Below, in pieces: positions 1 to 13,154 of a DNA stretch of 64,000 nucleotides; the first letter of the stretch is position 1, and every line of letters starts with the position of its first letter. The position numbers were made by a program, and so were the translations under genes. This DNA is from Vulcanimicrobiota bacterium (GTDB lineage Bacteria; Vulcanimicrobiota; Vulcanimicrobiia; Vulcanimicrobiales; Vulcanimicrobiaceae). The DNA is taken from the NCBI GenBank assembly GCA_963820825.1, contig CAWGBN010000009.1:64001-128000 (forward strand), read 5' to 3'. The notes beneath the pieces are model-generated. The model had not been told where the DNA came from. It did not search any database and saw only the letters and a list, made by a program, of their open reading frames with translations.

Positions 1-505
1 CCGCGCGCGCGTAGGCGGCGGAAACCTCGCCGCGCAGCGCGATCGCCGGTTCCCCGGCGAACCGGTCGAGCAGTTCCAGATGATAGCTCGCCGAGAGCAG
101 GCGGTGTGCTTCGTGCTGGCCGACGATCTCGGCGATTGCATCGCGCAGTTCGCGGACGTACGCGGCGGTCGCCGCCCGTCCGTTGACGCGCAGGCTCGAT
201 CGCCCCGCATCGGTCATCTCGCGCGCGACCGTCGCGCTTTCACCAGGATCGAGCTCGAAGCCGTCGGCAGCGAATCGTTCGCGCAGCGGCTCGCCGGCGT
301 CGAATACGAGCGTGACGAGGGCGCGGCGGGCGCCGCGCCGCACGACGTCCGCGCCGGCGCGAGCACCGAGCGCAAAATCGAGCGCGCCGATCAACATCGT
401 CTTGCCCGAGCCGGTCTCGCCGGTAAAGACCGTCGCACCGCCGGCAAACTCGACCTCGGCGCGCTCGATCAGACCGTAACACTCGATCAGGAGCTGCCGC
501 AACAT
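1..505 (-). CDS. recN: DNA repair protein RecN, N-terminal part (runs off window)
   Basis: Manual translation MLRQLLIECYGLIERAEVEFAGGATVFTGETGSGKTMLIGALD (Walker A, RecN N-terminus); lies downstream of tlyA-nadK. Confidence 0.93.
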   Translation of the reverse strand, partial: MLRQLLIECYGLIERAEVEFAGGATVFTGETGSGKTMLIGALDFALGARAGADVVRRGARRALVTLVFDAGEPLRERFAADGFELDPGESATVAREMTDAGRSSLRVNGRAATAAYVRELRDAIAEIVGQHEAHRLLSASYHLELLDRFAGEPAIALRGEVSAAYARA

Positions 506-520
506 GCTCTACGAATGATC

Positions 521-1357
521 TTAACGACGAGGGTCCTTGATGGAAACGCCCCAGAGCATCTTCGCCTCGAGACGCTCGAGAAAATGCAGCGGCGCGGTGC
601 GCGCAAAGCGGACGCGCTTGGGATGACAGCGCACGACGACGCTCGAACTCGGAGCGACTTCGCTGAGCACGTCGCCGTCGCACTCGAGGTGCGCTTGCGC
701 GGCCTCGGTATCGGAGCTGATCTCGATGCGCGAGGTCATCGGCACGATCAGCGGACGCGAGAAGAGCGTGTGCGGCAGGAGCGGCACGACGCCGAAGGCG
801 GCGACGCTCGGGGCGATCAGCGAGCCGCCGGCCGAAAGGAAGTACGCGGTCGAGCCGGTCGGGGTGGCGATGCAGATTCCGTCCGCCGCGATCTGCGTTG
901 GGGCGCCGTCGTCGACGCGCAAGCCGAAGGGGACGAGCCGAGAGACCTCGCCTTTGCGCACGACGACGTCGTTGAGCGCGAAGAAACGCCCGTCGCCGTA
1001 CTCGGCCTGCAGAGCGGTGCGCTCGTCCATCACCAGACCGCGCGTCACCAGCGCCGGTAGATCGGCGAGGCGCGGATCGTCCTCGTCGAGTTCGGTCAAG
1101 AATCCCAGGCGGCCGGTGTTGATGCCGAGCAGCGGAACGTCGTGCTCCACGGCGAGCCGCGCAGCGCGCAGCAGCGTGCCGTCGCCGCCGACGGTGATAA
1201 GCAGCGAGGCGGCGGGTGCACCAGCCCGATCGACGACGTCGAAACCGCTCGCGCGAAAGTCGGTCGCGATGCGCGTCGCGATCGTCCGCGCGTGCTCGCG
1301 CTCGGTATCGACGTAGAGTGCAATGACCTTCTTCTCAACGGCCGGCATCGTCGTCAT
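521..1357 (-). CDS. nadK: NAD(+) kinase
   Basis: GGDGT, GINTGRLGFL, LNDVV and TPTGSTAY motifs; ATG at 1357 overlaps the tlyA stop (ATGA). Confidence 0.95.
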   Translation of the reverse strand: MTTMPAVEKKVIALYVDTEREHARTIATRIATDFRASGFDVVDRAGAPAASLLITVGGDGTLLRAARLAVEHDVPLLGINTGRLGFLTELDEDDPRLADLPALVTRGLVMDERTALQAEYGDGRFFALNDVVVRKGEVSRLVPFGLRVDDGAPTQIAADGICIATPTGSTAYFLSAGGSLIAPSVAAFGVVPLLPHTLFSRPLIVPMTSRIEISSDTEAAQAHLECDGDVLSEVAPSSSVVVRCHPKRVRFARTAPLHFLERLEAKMLWGVSIKDPRR

Positions 1358-2136
1358 CTGCCGCTCTCTTCGCCGAGGACCGTCTCGAGTCGTGCGTCGT
1401 CGAACGGCCTTCCCGCCCGGAGCAGCTCCATGAGAAACTCGCGATTTCCGGCCGGCCCTCGCAAGGGCGATTCGGCGAGCGCGACGGGAACGAGGCCGAG
1501 CGCGGCCGCCGCTTCGCGGAGCTCCCGGAGAACGGCCCGGTGGGTGGCGCGATCGTGCACGACGCCGCCCGCACCGACTCGTTCGCGGCCCGCTTCGAAC
1601 TGCGGCTTGACGAGCGCGACGATGACGCCGCCGGTACGCAGGTACGCAACCGCGCGCTCCAAGATCGTTCGCAGCGAGATGAACGACGCGTCGATCGCGA
1701 TGAAATCGAAACCCTGCGGGAATGCGTCGCCGGCGAGCAGCCGGAAGTTCACGCGCTCCATTACCACCACGCGCGGATCGTTGCGCAGACGCCAATCGAG
1801 CTGCCCGTAGCCTACGTCGACGGCGGTCACGCGCGCCGCACCGCGCTGCAGCAGGCAATCGGTAAATCCGCCGGTCGATGCGCCGACGTCGAGCGCCTCG
1901 AGGCCGCGAACCTCGATTGCAAACTCGTCCAACGCGCGCTCCAGCTTCTCTCCGCCGCGGCTGACGAATCGCCGGGGGCGCTCGATCTCGATGCGCGCGC
2001 CGGGAGCGATGCTCTGGCCGGCCTTGGTTGCGACGACGCCCTCAACGCTGACGCGCCCTTCCATGATCAGGCTGCGCGCTTGCGAGCGCGTCATCTTTTC
2101 ACGCTCCGCCACCGCCTCGTCGAGCCGAACCTTCAC
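1354..2136 (-). CDS. tlyA: TlyA family rRNA 2'-O-methyltransferase
   Basis: S4 domain, FVSRGGEKL, DVGASTGGFTD, LVKPQFE, GPAGNREF. Confidence 0.95.
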   Translation of the reverse strand: MKVRLDEAVAEREKMTRSQARSLIMEGRVSVEGVVATKAGQSIAPGARIEIERPRRFVSRGGEKLERALDEFAIEVRGLEALDVGASTGGFTDCLLQRGAARVTAVDVGYGQLDWRLRNDPRVVVMERVNFRLLAGDAFPQGFDFIAIDASFISLRTILERAVAYLRTGGVIVALVKPQFEAGRERVGAGGVVHDRATHRAVLRELREAAAALGLVPVALAESPLRGPAGNREFLMELLRAGRPFDDARLETVLGEESGR

Positions 2137-2257
2137 GTTCGTTCGATTCCGAAGCCGGCATTGCAGACCTGGCGCGCGCCGTCACGGCGCGCGTAGCGCG
2201 CGCGCTATAGAGGCGTCGCCATGAAACTTCCGGCGCCGTGCCGAGACAATTCGTTAG

Positions 2258-2319
2258 GCAACCGAAGGGTTGCGTTTTAGCGAAGGCTGTGATAGGCTGA
2301 CATGCAACCAGGAGGTTGC
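2258..2319. promoter_or_regulatory. Two palindromic operators GCAACC-N4-GGTTGC (2258-2273, 2304-2319), probable ArsR-family sites
   Basis: Identical half-sites seen directly; the second overlaps the AGGAGG SD of the SRPBCC gene; ArsR gene in the same operon. Confidence 0.7.
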
Positions 2320-2322
2320 GTA

Positions 2323-2820
2323 ATGACGACAACGACCAATCGAATCGAAAAGCGCGTGCTCTTGCGCGCGCCCCAAGAGCGCGTTTGGCGCGCGATCAGC
2401 AATGCATCGGAGTTCGGCGCGTGGTTCGGCGTGGAACTCGACGGCTCGTTCGCTCGGGGAGTGCGAATGACGGGTCGCATCACACCGACCCAAGTCGATC
2501 CCGACGTTGCCCGAACGCAGGAGCAATATCGCGGCACGCCGCTGGAGTTCTACGTCGAGCGCGTCGAACCGATGAGCCTCTTCTCGTTTCGCTGGCATCC
2601 GTTTGCGATCGATCGCACGGTCGACTATTCAAACGAGCCGATGACGCTCGTGACCTTTACGCTCGAGCCGGCCGACGGCGGCACCATGCTCACGATCGTC
2701 GAGTCGGGCTTCGACGCGATACCCATCGCGCGTCGCGCCGATGCCTTCGAAGCGAACGACGAAGGTTGGAGCTTGATCGTGCAGCTCGTCGAGAAGTATC
2801 TTCAGAAGCCGCGATCGTGA
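2323..2820 (+). CDS. SRPBCC (AHSA1/START-like) domain protein
   Basis: IEKRVLLRAPQERVWRAI...FSFRWHP...TLVTFTLE...GW; SD AGGAGG before ATG 2323. Confidence 0.9.
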   Translation: MTTTTNRIEKRVLLRAPQERVWRAISNASEFGAWFGVELDGSFARGVRMTGRITPTQVDPDVARTQEQYRGTPLEFYVERVEPMSLFSFRWHPFAIDRTVDYSNEPMTLVTFTLEPADGGTMLTIVESGFDAIPIARRADAFEANDEGWSLIVQLVEKYLQKPRS

Positions 2821-3125
2821 GCGTCGCCCCGGTCCTTGCAGCGCTCGGTGACGAATCGCGCCTGCAAATCGTCAGAAAACTCTGCAAGAGCGGGCCGCTC
2901 TCGATTACCAAGCTCACCGAAGGCGCCGCGATTTCGCGTCAGGCGGTCACCAAACACCTGCACGCCCTCAACAAGGCGGGCTTGGTGCGCAGCGAGCGTC
3001 AAGGCCGGCTACGAATTTGGAAGCTCGAGCCGAAGCGCTTCGATGAAGTGCGACGCTACTTAGCGCTGATCTCCGAGCAGTGGGACGACGCGATCGGCCG
3101 GCTCAAAGCCGCCGTAGAAGAGTAG
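2817..3125 (+). CDS. ArsR/SmtB family transcriptional regulator
   Basis: AALGDESRLQIV...ISRQAVTKHLHAL..AGLV...GR; GTGA overlap with the SRPBCC stop. Confidence 0.9.
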   Translation: MSVAPVLAALGDESRLQIVRKLCKSGPLSITKLTEGAAISRQAVTKHLHALNKAGLVRSERQGRLRIWKLEPKRFDEVRRYLALISEQWDDAIGRLKAAVEE

Positions 3126-3192
3126 CTGGTGCGTGGCTAACCTGCCGCTCCGGCAACGAGAACGCAGTGCTCATCGCCCAAACCCTTAAGCG

Positions 3193-3444
3193 TTAAAATG
3201 GAATCTGGTCGTCGAGTTCGTCGAGTTTTGGGGATCCGGGGCTTTTCTTCGGTTCGGCCATCGCTTCGTCGATTTGAGTCTGCGCGCTTTTCAGCAGCGC
3301 TTCGCACTCGCGCGCGAGCGTCTTACCCTCTTTGAAGAGTTCGGTCGCGCGCTGCAGTTCGACCGTCCCACCCTCGAGCTCTTTGACGATCGCGTCGATG
3401 CGCGCCAGCTTCTGCTCGAACGTCTTCGGTAGGCGGTCGCTCAT
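3193..3444 (-). CDS. xseB: Exodeoxyribonuclease VII small subunit
   Basis: TFEQKLARIDAIVKELEGG...FKEGKTLARECEALL; follows xseA with ATGA overlap. Confidence 0.92.
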   Translation of the reverse strand: MSDRLPKTFEQKLARIDAIVKELEGGTVELQRATELFKEGKTLARECEALLKSAQTQIDEAMAEPKKSPGSPKLDELDDQIPF

Positions 3445-4702
3445 TCTGCGCAGACCGATTCCACGCGGGCCGCGAACGTCCCGCGTTTCACGCGCGCACT
3501 CACCGCATCCCCGATCGCCAGTACCTCGGCATCGTGTACGGCGACGCCGTCCTTGGTGACGATCGCGTAGCCTCGGTCGAGTGGACGTAACGGGTTTTCG
3601 GCCTCGAGGGCAGCCTCCGCACGCTCGAGCCGCCGCGCGTAGCCCTGCGGTACTCGCTCGAATACGCGCGCGAGCGCGCCGTTGCTCCGCTCCAGATCGA
3701 CCCGCCACTGCGTGACGCGCGCCGCCGGACTCGATTGCTCGAGCCGGCGCTCGAGCGCGCGAGCTCGTTCCGCGCACCGCGTGACGAAGATTCGGCCTAC
3801 GTGGTCGAGCGCCAAAGACGAGAGGCGCGCACCCTGCGTTTTGGTCGCGAGCAACGACCGGTAGCCGCGATCGAGCGACTCGCGCAGCACCTGCAGCCTT
3901 TCGAAGGCGCGCAGCCATTCCTGCGCGAGCCGAACGGCAGCCGCGGTCGGCGTGGCGAGAGCGAGGTCCGCGACCTCGTCGGCGAGATGCCGGTCTCGCA
4001 AATGTCCCAACGCGGTGACGACCGGGTGTTTCGCGCGCAGGATGGCGCGAATCACCGGCTCGAGATTGAAGGTTAGGCGATCGTCGCGCGAGCCGCCGCC
4101 GCGCGTCAGCACGATGACGTCCACTTTCGCGCGCGACGCCCGGTCCATCGCCTCCGCGATCTCGATCTCGGCGCCTTTGCCCTGCACGCGCGTCGCGAAG
4201 AAGAGAATCTCCACGTGCGGCGCTTCGGCGCGGATGCGCCCTTCGAAGTCGGCGCGTGCATCGTCGTCGCTGGTCACGAGTGCGATCCGGCGCGGCATCG
4301 GCGGAACCTCGCGCTTTCTCGATGCATCGAAGGCGCCTTCGGCGCGAAGGCGCACGCGCAGTTCCTCGATTTGTGCGGCGAGCTTCCCTTCGCCCACGAG
4401 CGAGAGTGCAACCGCGCGAAGTTGATAGATCCCGCGGTTCGAACGGATCTCGATGCTGCCTTGCGCGCGAACGGTGATCCCGCGTTTGATCGGCGGAAAA
4501 TTTCGCGCCTCGTTCGCAAAGGAGAAACAGCTCAGGATCGCTTCACCTTCCTTGAGCGTCAGATTGAGGTGCCCTTCCCACCAGCGAATGTCGGTGATCT
4601 CACCGGTAATTGCGATGCGCTGTAAGACGGTGTGGCGCGCAACCATCCCGGCCAAGCGGCGCGAGAACTCGCCGACGGAGAGTTCGAGAACGCCTTCGTT
4701 AT

Positions 4703-4706
<4 letters not shown>
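3441..4706 (-). CDS. xseA: Exodeoxyribonuclease VII large subunit
   Basis: LSVGEF, GEITD OB fold, RGGGSRDD, TALGH, TPTAAA, PLDRGYAI; GTG start overlaps the PBP stop. Confidence 0.93.
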
Positions 4707-6830
<2,124 letters not shown>

Positions 6831-6844
<14 letters not shown>

Positions 6845-7228
6845 TGGCCACCGCGCTGAGCACGCCGTTGACGAAACGTCCGGAATCCTCGGTCGAGAAA
6901 CGTTTGGCGAGCGCCACCGCTTCGTTGATCGCCACCGCCTTCGGCGTCTCCGGGCGGCAGTGCAGTTCGAATGTCCCCATCTCTAAGAGCAGCCGGTCGA
7001 TCGTCGGCAAACGTTCGATTGCCCAGCCCTCCAAGAGCGGACTGACGATGCGATCGGCCTCTTTTGCGTATTCGAGCGTACCCATCGCGAGTTCCTCGAC
7101 GAACGTGCGCTGCTCGCTATCTGCTCCCTCACCGACGATCTCGGCGACGGCATCGCGCGGCTCCCGGTCGCCGATGACGACCGAATAGAGCACTTGAAGC
7201 GCCTGTTCGCGAGCGACGCGCCGCGACG

Positions 7229-7232
<4 letters not shown>
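6831..7232 (-). CDS. nusB: Transcription antitermination factor NusB
   Basis: RRVAREQALQVLY...AINEAVALAKRFS...FVNGVL. Confidence 0.95.
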
Positions 7233-8608
<1,376 letters not shown>

Positions 8609-8609
8609 C

Positions 8610-9503
8610 TTACTTTCCTCGCGCGACCAAGAAGAGCGGCTGACCGTACTCAACCGGCATCGCGTCGGCGGTCGCGACGGAGACGAGGCGGCCCGAACCC
8701 ATACTGTGAATCGGCGTGCGAATGCCGAGGGCTTCGATGTAACCGAGCTCGCGATCGCCGTCGAGCATATCGCCCTCGACCGGGGCGGGCCGGCTCAAGT
8801 GGAAAATTCCGACGAGATCGGCTTTGATCGCATCGATGCGTTGCGCTGCAACCTCAGGCGCTTTCGTTTCGGTGCTTCCTGCAGGCGGACGAGGCGCTTT
8901 TGCCGCCGCGACGAGCTCGATCTCTCCCTGCGCGTCCTCCACCCGCACGCGAACCGCATCGGTCTGGGCGAGGAAGTGCGCGAGTGCGCGTACGCGCTCG
9001 CTCGCGAGCCCCCGTTCTTCGGACATCACGGTTACGCTTTCGCGCTCGACGCGGGCGACCCCCGCGAGCTCCGATTCATGCAGCGCGTCGCGCGACGCTT
9101 CGAAGCGATCGTCGATTTCGGCGAGCGGCACCAATACGAAGGCGCGCTCGCGCAGACGCGGATGCGGCACCCGTAGACCGGGTTCGTCGATCTCGCAATC
9201 GTCGAAGATCAAAAGGTCGAGATCGACGATGCGCGGACCCCAGCGCTCGCTTCGGACGCGTCCGAGCTCATCCTCGACCGCATGCAGACGGCGCAAGAGT
9301 GAGTGCGGCGACAACTCCGTCTCGATTAGCGCCACGGCATTGAGAAACCACGGCTGCTCGCGGTTTCCCCACGGCTCGGTTCGATAGAACGCCGAACGGC
9401 GCACGACCCTTCCGAGCTCGCACATCAACGCAAGCGCCCGCTCGACGTTCTCGAACCGATCGCCGAGATTGCTCCCGATCCCAACGTATGCCCGGTGGAT
9501 CAA
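8610..9503 (-). CDS. folK: HPPK (FolK) fused to a C-terminal BCCP-like domain lacking the biotinylated lysine
   Basis: N-half GIGSNLGD, FLNAV, WGPRIVDLDLL, PHPRLRERAFVLVPL; C-half KADLVGIFH...GYIEALGI...PVEYGQPLFLV. Confidence 0.88.
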   Translation of the reverse strand: MIHRAYVGIGSNLGDRFENVERALALMCELGRVVRRSAFYRTEPWGNREQPWFLNAVALIETELSPHSLLRRLHAVEDELGRVRSERWGPRIVDLDLLIFDDCEIDEPGLRVPHPRLRERAFVLVPLAEIDDRFEASRDALHESELAGVARVERESVTVMSEERGLASERVRALAHFLAQTDAVRVRVEDAQGEIELVAAAKAPRPPAGSTETKAPEVAAQRIDAIKADLVGIFHLSRPAPVEGDMLDGDRELGYIEALGIRTPIHSMGSGRLVSVATADAMPVEYGQPLFLVARGK

Positions 9504-9865
9504 CGCGCTTCGAATCGTGGGTTCACCCGCTCGAGCGTCACGCTCGGCGTTGCGCCGTCGAGAATGCCCGGCTTAGAGAGGCTGACTCGCGCTCGCTCGA
9601 CGCGCCGGTCGGCGAAGACCGCATCGAGAAGATCGGCGCCGAGGCGCTCGAGGAGCGAATACGACGTGGTCGCGACGATGCGAACGAAGCGTTCGCGCAA
9701 CGCCGCGTAATCGAGGGTCTCCGCGAGATCGTCGCTTCGGCCGGCGGCGCTCAGATCGATCTCGACGGTGACGTCGATCTCGACGAGTTGACGCCGCGCG
9801 CGCTCCTGCGGCAGCGTACCGATCCGTCCATAGGCGCGGATGCCGCGCAGCGTCATGGAATCCAA
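9500..9865 (-). CDS. folB: Dihydroneopterin aldolase
   Basis: GRIGTLPQER, SDDLAETLDY, LLERL, SKP; TTG start with GGAGG SD; between folP and folK. Confidence 0.93.
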   Translation of the reverse strand: MDSMTLRGIRAYGRIGTLPQERARRQLVEIDVTVEIDLSAAGRSDDLAETLDYAALRERFVRIVATTSYSLLERLGADLLDAVFADRRVERARVSLSKPGILDGATPSVTLERVNPRFEAR

Positions 9866-10710
9866 TCGAGCGGCCTCCATCCGCGTGCGATCGCATCGGT
9901 GACGGCGGTTGCATCGCGCGCCGCCGCCACGTCGTGCACGCGAACCATATCGATGCCGGCGGCAATGGCCAGCGCGGTCGTCGCGACCGTGGCGTAGACG
10001 CGGTCGGCCGGCATCCGGCCGGTGAGCTTGCCGAGCGTCGACTTGCGCGACGTGCCGATCGTCGTGGGAAAGCCGAGCGCGACGATGCGGTCGAGCGACT
10101 TCAAAACGGCGATATTCTGCTCGGCGGTCTTTCCAAAACCGATTCCGGGATCGAGCACGATTCGTTCGGGCGCGATTCCTCGGGCCGTGGCGCGGGCCGC
10201 AGCATCGTCGAGATAGCGCACGACCGCGTCGACGACGGAACCATCGTACGACGTACCGATCTGATTGTGCATCGCGACAATCGGCATCGCCAGCTCGGCC
10301 GCGAGGTCCAAGAGTTCGTCGGGCGCTCCCCAGACGGAGTTGACGAGATCGGCGCCGGCGGCGTGCGCCGCACGGACGACTGCGGGCTTATAGCTGTCGA
10401 TCGAAATCGGCGCCTGCGGTAAGCGCGAGCGCACGGCGCGGATGACCGGCACGACGCGCGCGGCTTCGACGCCGGGACCGACGGCTTCGTGCCCCGGGCG
10501 GGTCGACTCACCGCCGATGTCGAGGATGTCGGCACCCTCGCTCCACTGAAGCGCGGCGCGGTCGGTCGCCGACGACGCATCTTCGAGACCGTCGCCGGAG
10601 AACGAATCCGGCGTAACGTTCACGATTCCCATGACGTAGGTTCGCGCGCCCCACTGCAGCTGCGCGCCGCGCAGGGGAAGACTCTTCAGACCGCGCTCGG
10701 TGCGTACCAT
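9853..10710 (-). CDS. folP: Dihydropteroate synthase
   Basis: MGIVNVTPDSFSGDG, DIGGESTRPG, DPGIGFGK, GTSRKS, RVHDV. Confidence 0.96.
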   Translation of the reverse strand: MVRTERGLKSLPLRGAQLQWGARTYVMGIVNVTPDSFSGDGLEDASSATDRAALQWSEGADILDIGGESTRPGHEAVGPGVEAARVVPVIRAVRSRLPQAPISIDSYKPAVVRAAHAAGADLVNSVWGAPDELLDLAAELAMPIVAMHNQIGTSYDGSVVDAVVRYLDDAAARATARGIAPERIVLDPGIGFGKTAEQNIAVLKSLDRIVALGFPTTIGTSRKSTLGKLTGRMPADRVYATVATTALAIAAGIDMVRVHDVAAARDATAVTDAIARGWRPLDWIP

Positions 10711-12005
10711 TCGCGTAATCCGGCGACGACGAAGGTCGAGCCGGTGACGACGACAACCTCGTCGATTTGAGCGCGACGGCGCGCAACGGTCAGCGCTTCG
10801 AGCGGATCTTCGATCGTGCGCCCCCAGGTGCCGAGCGTCTCGGCGATTGCCGCGAGCCGCTGCGGCGGTATCGATCGCCGCCCCGCGACCGCAAACTTCG
10901 TAAAGGTGAAGGTCGACGGCAGCCGGGCGAGGATCTCGACGATGCGCCGCGCGTCTTTGGTTTCGCCGATCGCGACGACGTAATGAATTCGCCGGCCGCC
11001 GAACCGCTCGCGCAACGACGCGACCAAAGACTCGGCCTTCTCGGCGTTGTGCGCGATATCGAAGACTACGACGGGATCGCGCGCGATTACCTCCATCCGT
11101 CCCGGAATCGCCAGCTCGGCAAATGCGCGCACGAGCGCCTCGCGACTGGGGCGCAGGCCGTCGCCGAGTTGTTCGATTACGGCGATCGCCGTCGCCGCAT
11201 TCGTACGCTGAAAGATACCCAAGACCGGCAACTGCAGTCGATACGAGCCGAGAGCCGACCGCACCGTCAGCGTCTGCCCGGCAGCGTCGCCGTCGACGCT
11301 CTCGATCCGCACCGTTTCGGCAACGTTGACGACCGGAGCGCCTGCCTCGGCGGCATATCGCTCGATCACCGCCGCGATGCTCGCCGGCAGTGCTGCGAGC
11401 ACGAGCGGAACGCCGCGCTTGGCGATGCCGGCTTTCTCCCGGGCGATATCCTCGAGGGTGCTTCCGAGCACGTCGGTGTGATCGTATCCGATCGAGGTGA
11501 TCGCCGCGACGAGCGGGTGAATCACGTTCGTGCCGTCGAGCCTGCCGCCGAGCCCAACCTCGATCACCGCAACGTCGACTCGCTCCTGCGCGAAGTAGAG
11601 GAACGCGAGCGCGAGCAGCGTTTCATAATAGGTTGGGCGTCCGTGACTCGATGCCGTACGCTCGATGGCCGGCATCATCGCGTCGAGCAGCGCGACGAAA
11701 CGTTCGCGCGAAATGGGGACGCCGTCGATCCGAGCCCGCTCGGTCATCGAATGGAAGTGCGGCTTCGTGTGCAGACCGGTGCGCCGTCCGGCGGCCTGCA
11801 ACGCGCTTGCGATCATCGTCGAAGTCGATCCCTTTCCGCTCGTGCCGCCGACGTGGATCGTCGGATAGGCGCGGTGCGGATCGCCGAGCTCGGCGAGAAC
11901 GGCGCGCATGCGGTCGAGCTTATACGCGGTGCGCGGCGAGGCGATCTCGTCGATCGTGCCGAGCAGATACCGCTCGGCCTCCTCGTAGGTTGCGAAGCGG
12001 TTCAT
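10686..12005 (-). CDS. folC: Folylpolyglutamate synthase/dihydrofolate synthase
   Basis: IHVGGTSGKGST, EVGLGGRLDGTN, EKAGIAK, PGRME, DIAHN, TGS. Confidence 0.95.
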   Translation of the reverse strand: MNRFATYEEAERYLLGTIDEIASPRTAYKLDRMRAVLAELGDPHRAYPTIHVGGTSGKGSTSTMIASALQAAGRRTGLHTKPHFHSMTERARIDGVPISRERFVALLDAMMPAIERTASSHGRPTYYETLLALAFLYFAQERVDVAVIEVGLGGRLDGTNVIHPLVAAITSIGYDHTDVLGSTLEDIAREKAGIAKRGVPLVLAALPASIAAVIERYAAEAGAPVVNVAETVRIESVDGDAAGQTLTVRSALGSYRLQLPVLGIFQRTNAATAIAVIEQLGDGLRPSREALVRAFAELAIPGRMEVIARDPVVVFDIAHNAEKAESLVASLRERFGGRRIHYVVAIGETKDARRIVEILARLPSTFTFTKFAVAGRRSIPPQRLAAIAETLGTWGRTIEDPLEALTVARRRAQIDEVVVVTGSTFVVAGLREWYAPSAV

Positions 12006-12484
12006 CCGTCGACGACGCGATCGGCGAGCAGTTCGAGCGCGTGCGGGAGCACCGGCAGGAGCACGTCGAGCGTCTCCGCGACCGCCTTCGGACTCCCGGG
12101 AAGATTCACGATCAGCGTGCGGTCGCGGACGCCCGCGAGCGCGCGCGAGAGCATTGCGGTCTTCGTCTTCGCAATTGAAGCGGCGCGAATCGCCTCGGCG
12201 ATTCCGGGAACTTCGTAATCGAGAATCGCCGCCGTTGCCTGCGGCGTCCGGTCTCGCGGGGAGAGTCCGGTGCCGCCGCTGGTAAGAATCAAATCGGCCG
12301 CGTGAGAATCGGCGAGCTCGATGATCTCGGCTTGCAGCGCTGCGGGATCGTCGCCGATGACCCGTTCGCGCGCGATCGCATAGACCGGTTCGAGCCGTTC
12401 CTTCATGAGCGGGATGCACTCGTCGGCGCGCTCGCCCGAAGCGGCGCGATCCGAGAGCACGATCAGTGCGACTCTGAAGCTCAC
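12002..12484 (-). CDS. mog: Molybdopterin adenylyltransferase (MogA/MoaB family)
   Basis: SDRAASGERAD, TSGGTGLSPRDRTP, SRALAG, NLPGSPKAV. Confidence 0.9.
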   Translation of the reverse strand: MSFRVALIVLSDRAASGERADECIPLMKERLEPVYAIARERVIGDDPAALQAEIIELADSHAADLILTSGGTGLSPRDRTPQATAAILDYEVPGIAEAIRAASIAKTKTAMLSRALAGVRDRTLIVNLPGSPKAVAETLDVLLPVLPHALELLADRVVDG

Positions 12485-12957
12485 GCCCTCTCCCGCGACC
12501 ACTGACCGCTCTTGCCCCCGCGCTTATGCAGCAGGCGGACCACCTCGATGGTAATCCCCTTGTCGAGCGCCTTCGACATATCGTAGATCGTCAATGCGGC
12601 GACCGAGGCCGCAACCATCGCCTCCATTTCGACGCCCGTTCGCGCCGTCGTGCGCACTTCGGCCTCGACGTGCAAGAGGCCGTCGCTTCCCCAATTGAAG
12701 CGAACGTCGACGCTCGAGAGCGGCAGCGGGTGGGCGAGCGGAATCAGCGCCGCGGTCTGCTTCGCCGCCATGATCCCCGCGAGCTGTGCGGTGACGAAGG
12801 CGTCGCCCTTCGGCAGCGTCGCGCGTTTGAGCGCGGCGACCGCCGCCGGATTCATCCGAACGAGGGCCTCGGCGCGAGCCGACCGCTGCGTGACGGCCTT
12901 CTTCGAAATGTCGACCATCGCAACGCTTCCATCGTGCGCGATGTGCGAAGGTTTCAC
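12481..12957 (-). CDS. moaC: Cyclic pyranopterin monophosphate synthase
   Basis: MVDISKK, KGDA, AAKQT..LIPLAHP, TGVEMEA, IYDMSKA, KRGGKSG. Confidence 0.95.
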   Translation of the reverse strand: MKPSHIAHDGSVAMVDISKKAVTQRSARAEALVRMNPAAVAALKRATLPKGDAFVTAQLAGIMAAKQTAALIPLAHPLPLSSVDVRFNWGSDGLLHVEAEVRTTARTGVEMEAMVAASVAALTIYDMSKALDKGITIEVVRLLHKRGGKSGQWSRERA

Positions 12958-13154
12958 CGAAGCGAGCGTGACGGCGAGCCTTGGAAGCGCGCCCAAATCA
13001 AGCAGAGCAGCGCGAGCACCCAGCAGACCACCAAATGGGTGATGTGATGCGGATGCACCGCGCCCGATTCGGTGAAGAAGTTGATCTTGCCCAGACCGTA
13101 GAGAATTCCCAGAACGAAGAAGGCGACGGCCAAGAGTAGGGCAACGATTCTCAT
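12954..13154 (-). CDS. Small two-TM membrane protein, unknown function
   Basis: 66 aa, two hydrophobic helices with a His-rich loop (VHPHHITH); overlaps both neighbours. Confidence 0.7.
   Translation of the reverse strand: MRIVALLLAVAFFVLGILYGLGKINFFTESGAVHPHHITHLVVCWVLALLCLIWARFQGSPSRSLR

Noticed and set aside
80..1060. Long plus-strand ORF and many similar antisense ORFs (for example 10767-12218, 17110-18576, 48258-49595)
   Set aside because: Shadow ORFs expected in high-GC DNA opposite well-supported genes; no recognisable motifs
2126..2145. GAAC...GTTC near the tlyA-nadK-recN start as a LexA box
   Set aside because: The spacer is 6 nt rather than 4 and it lies within the start of the coding region
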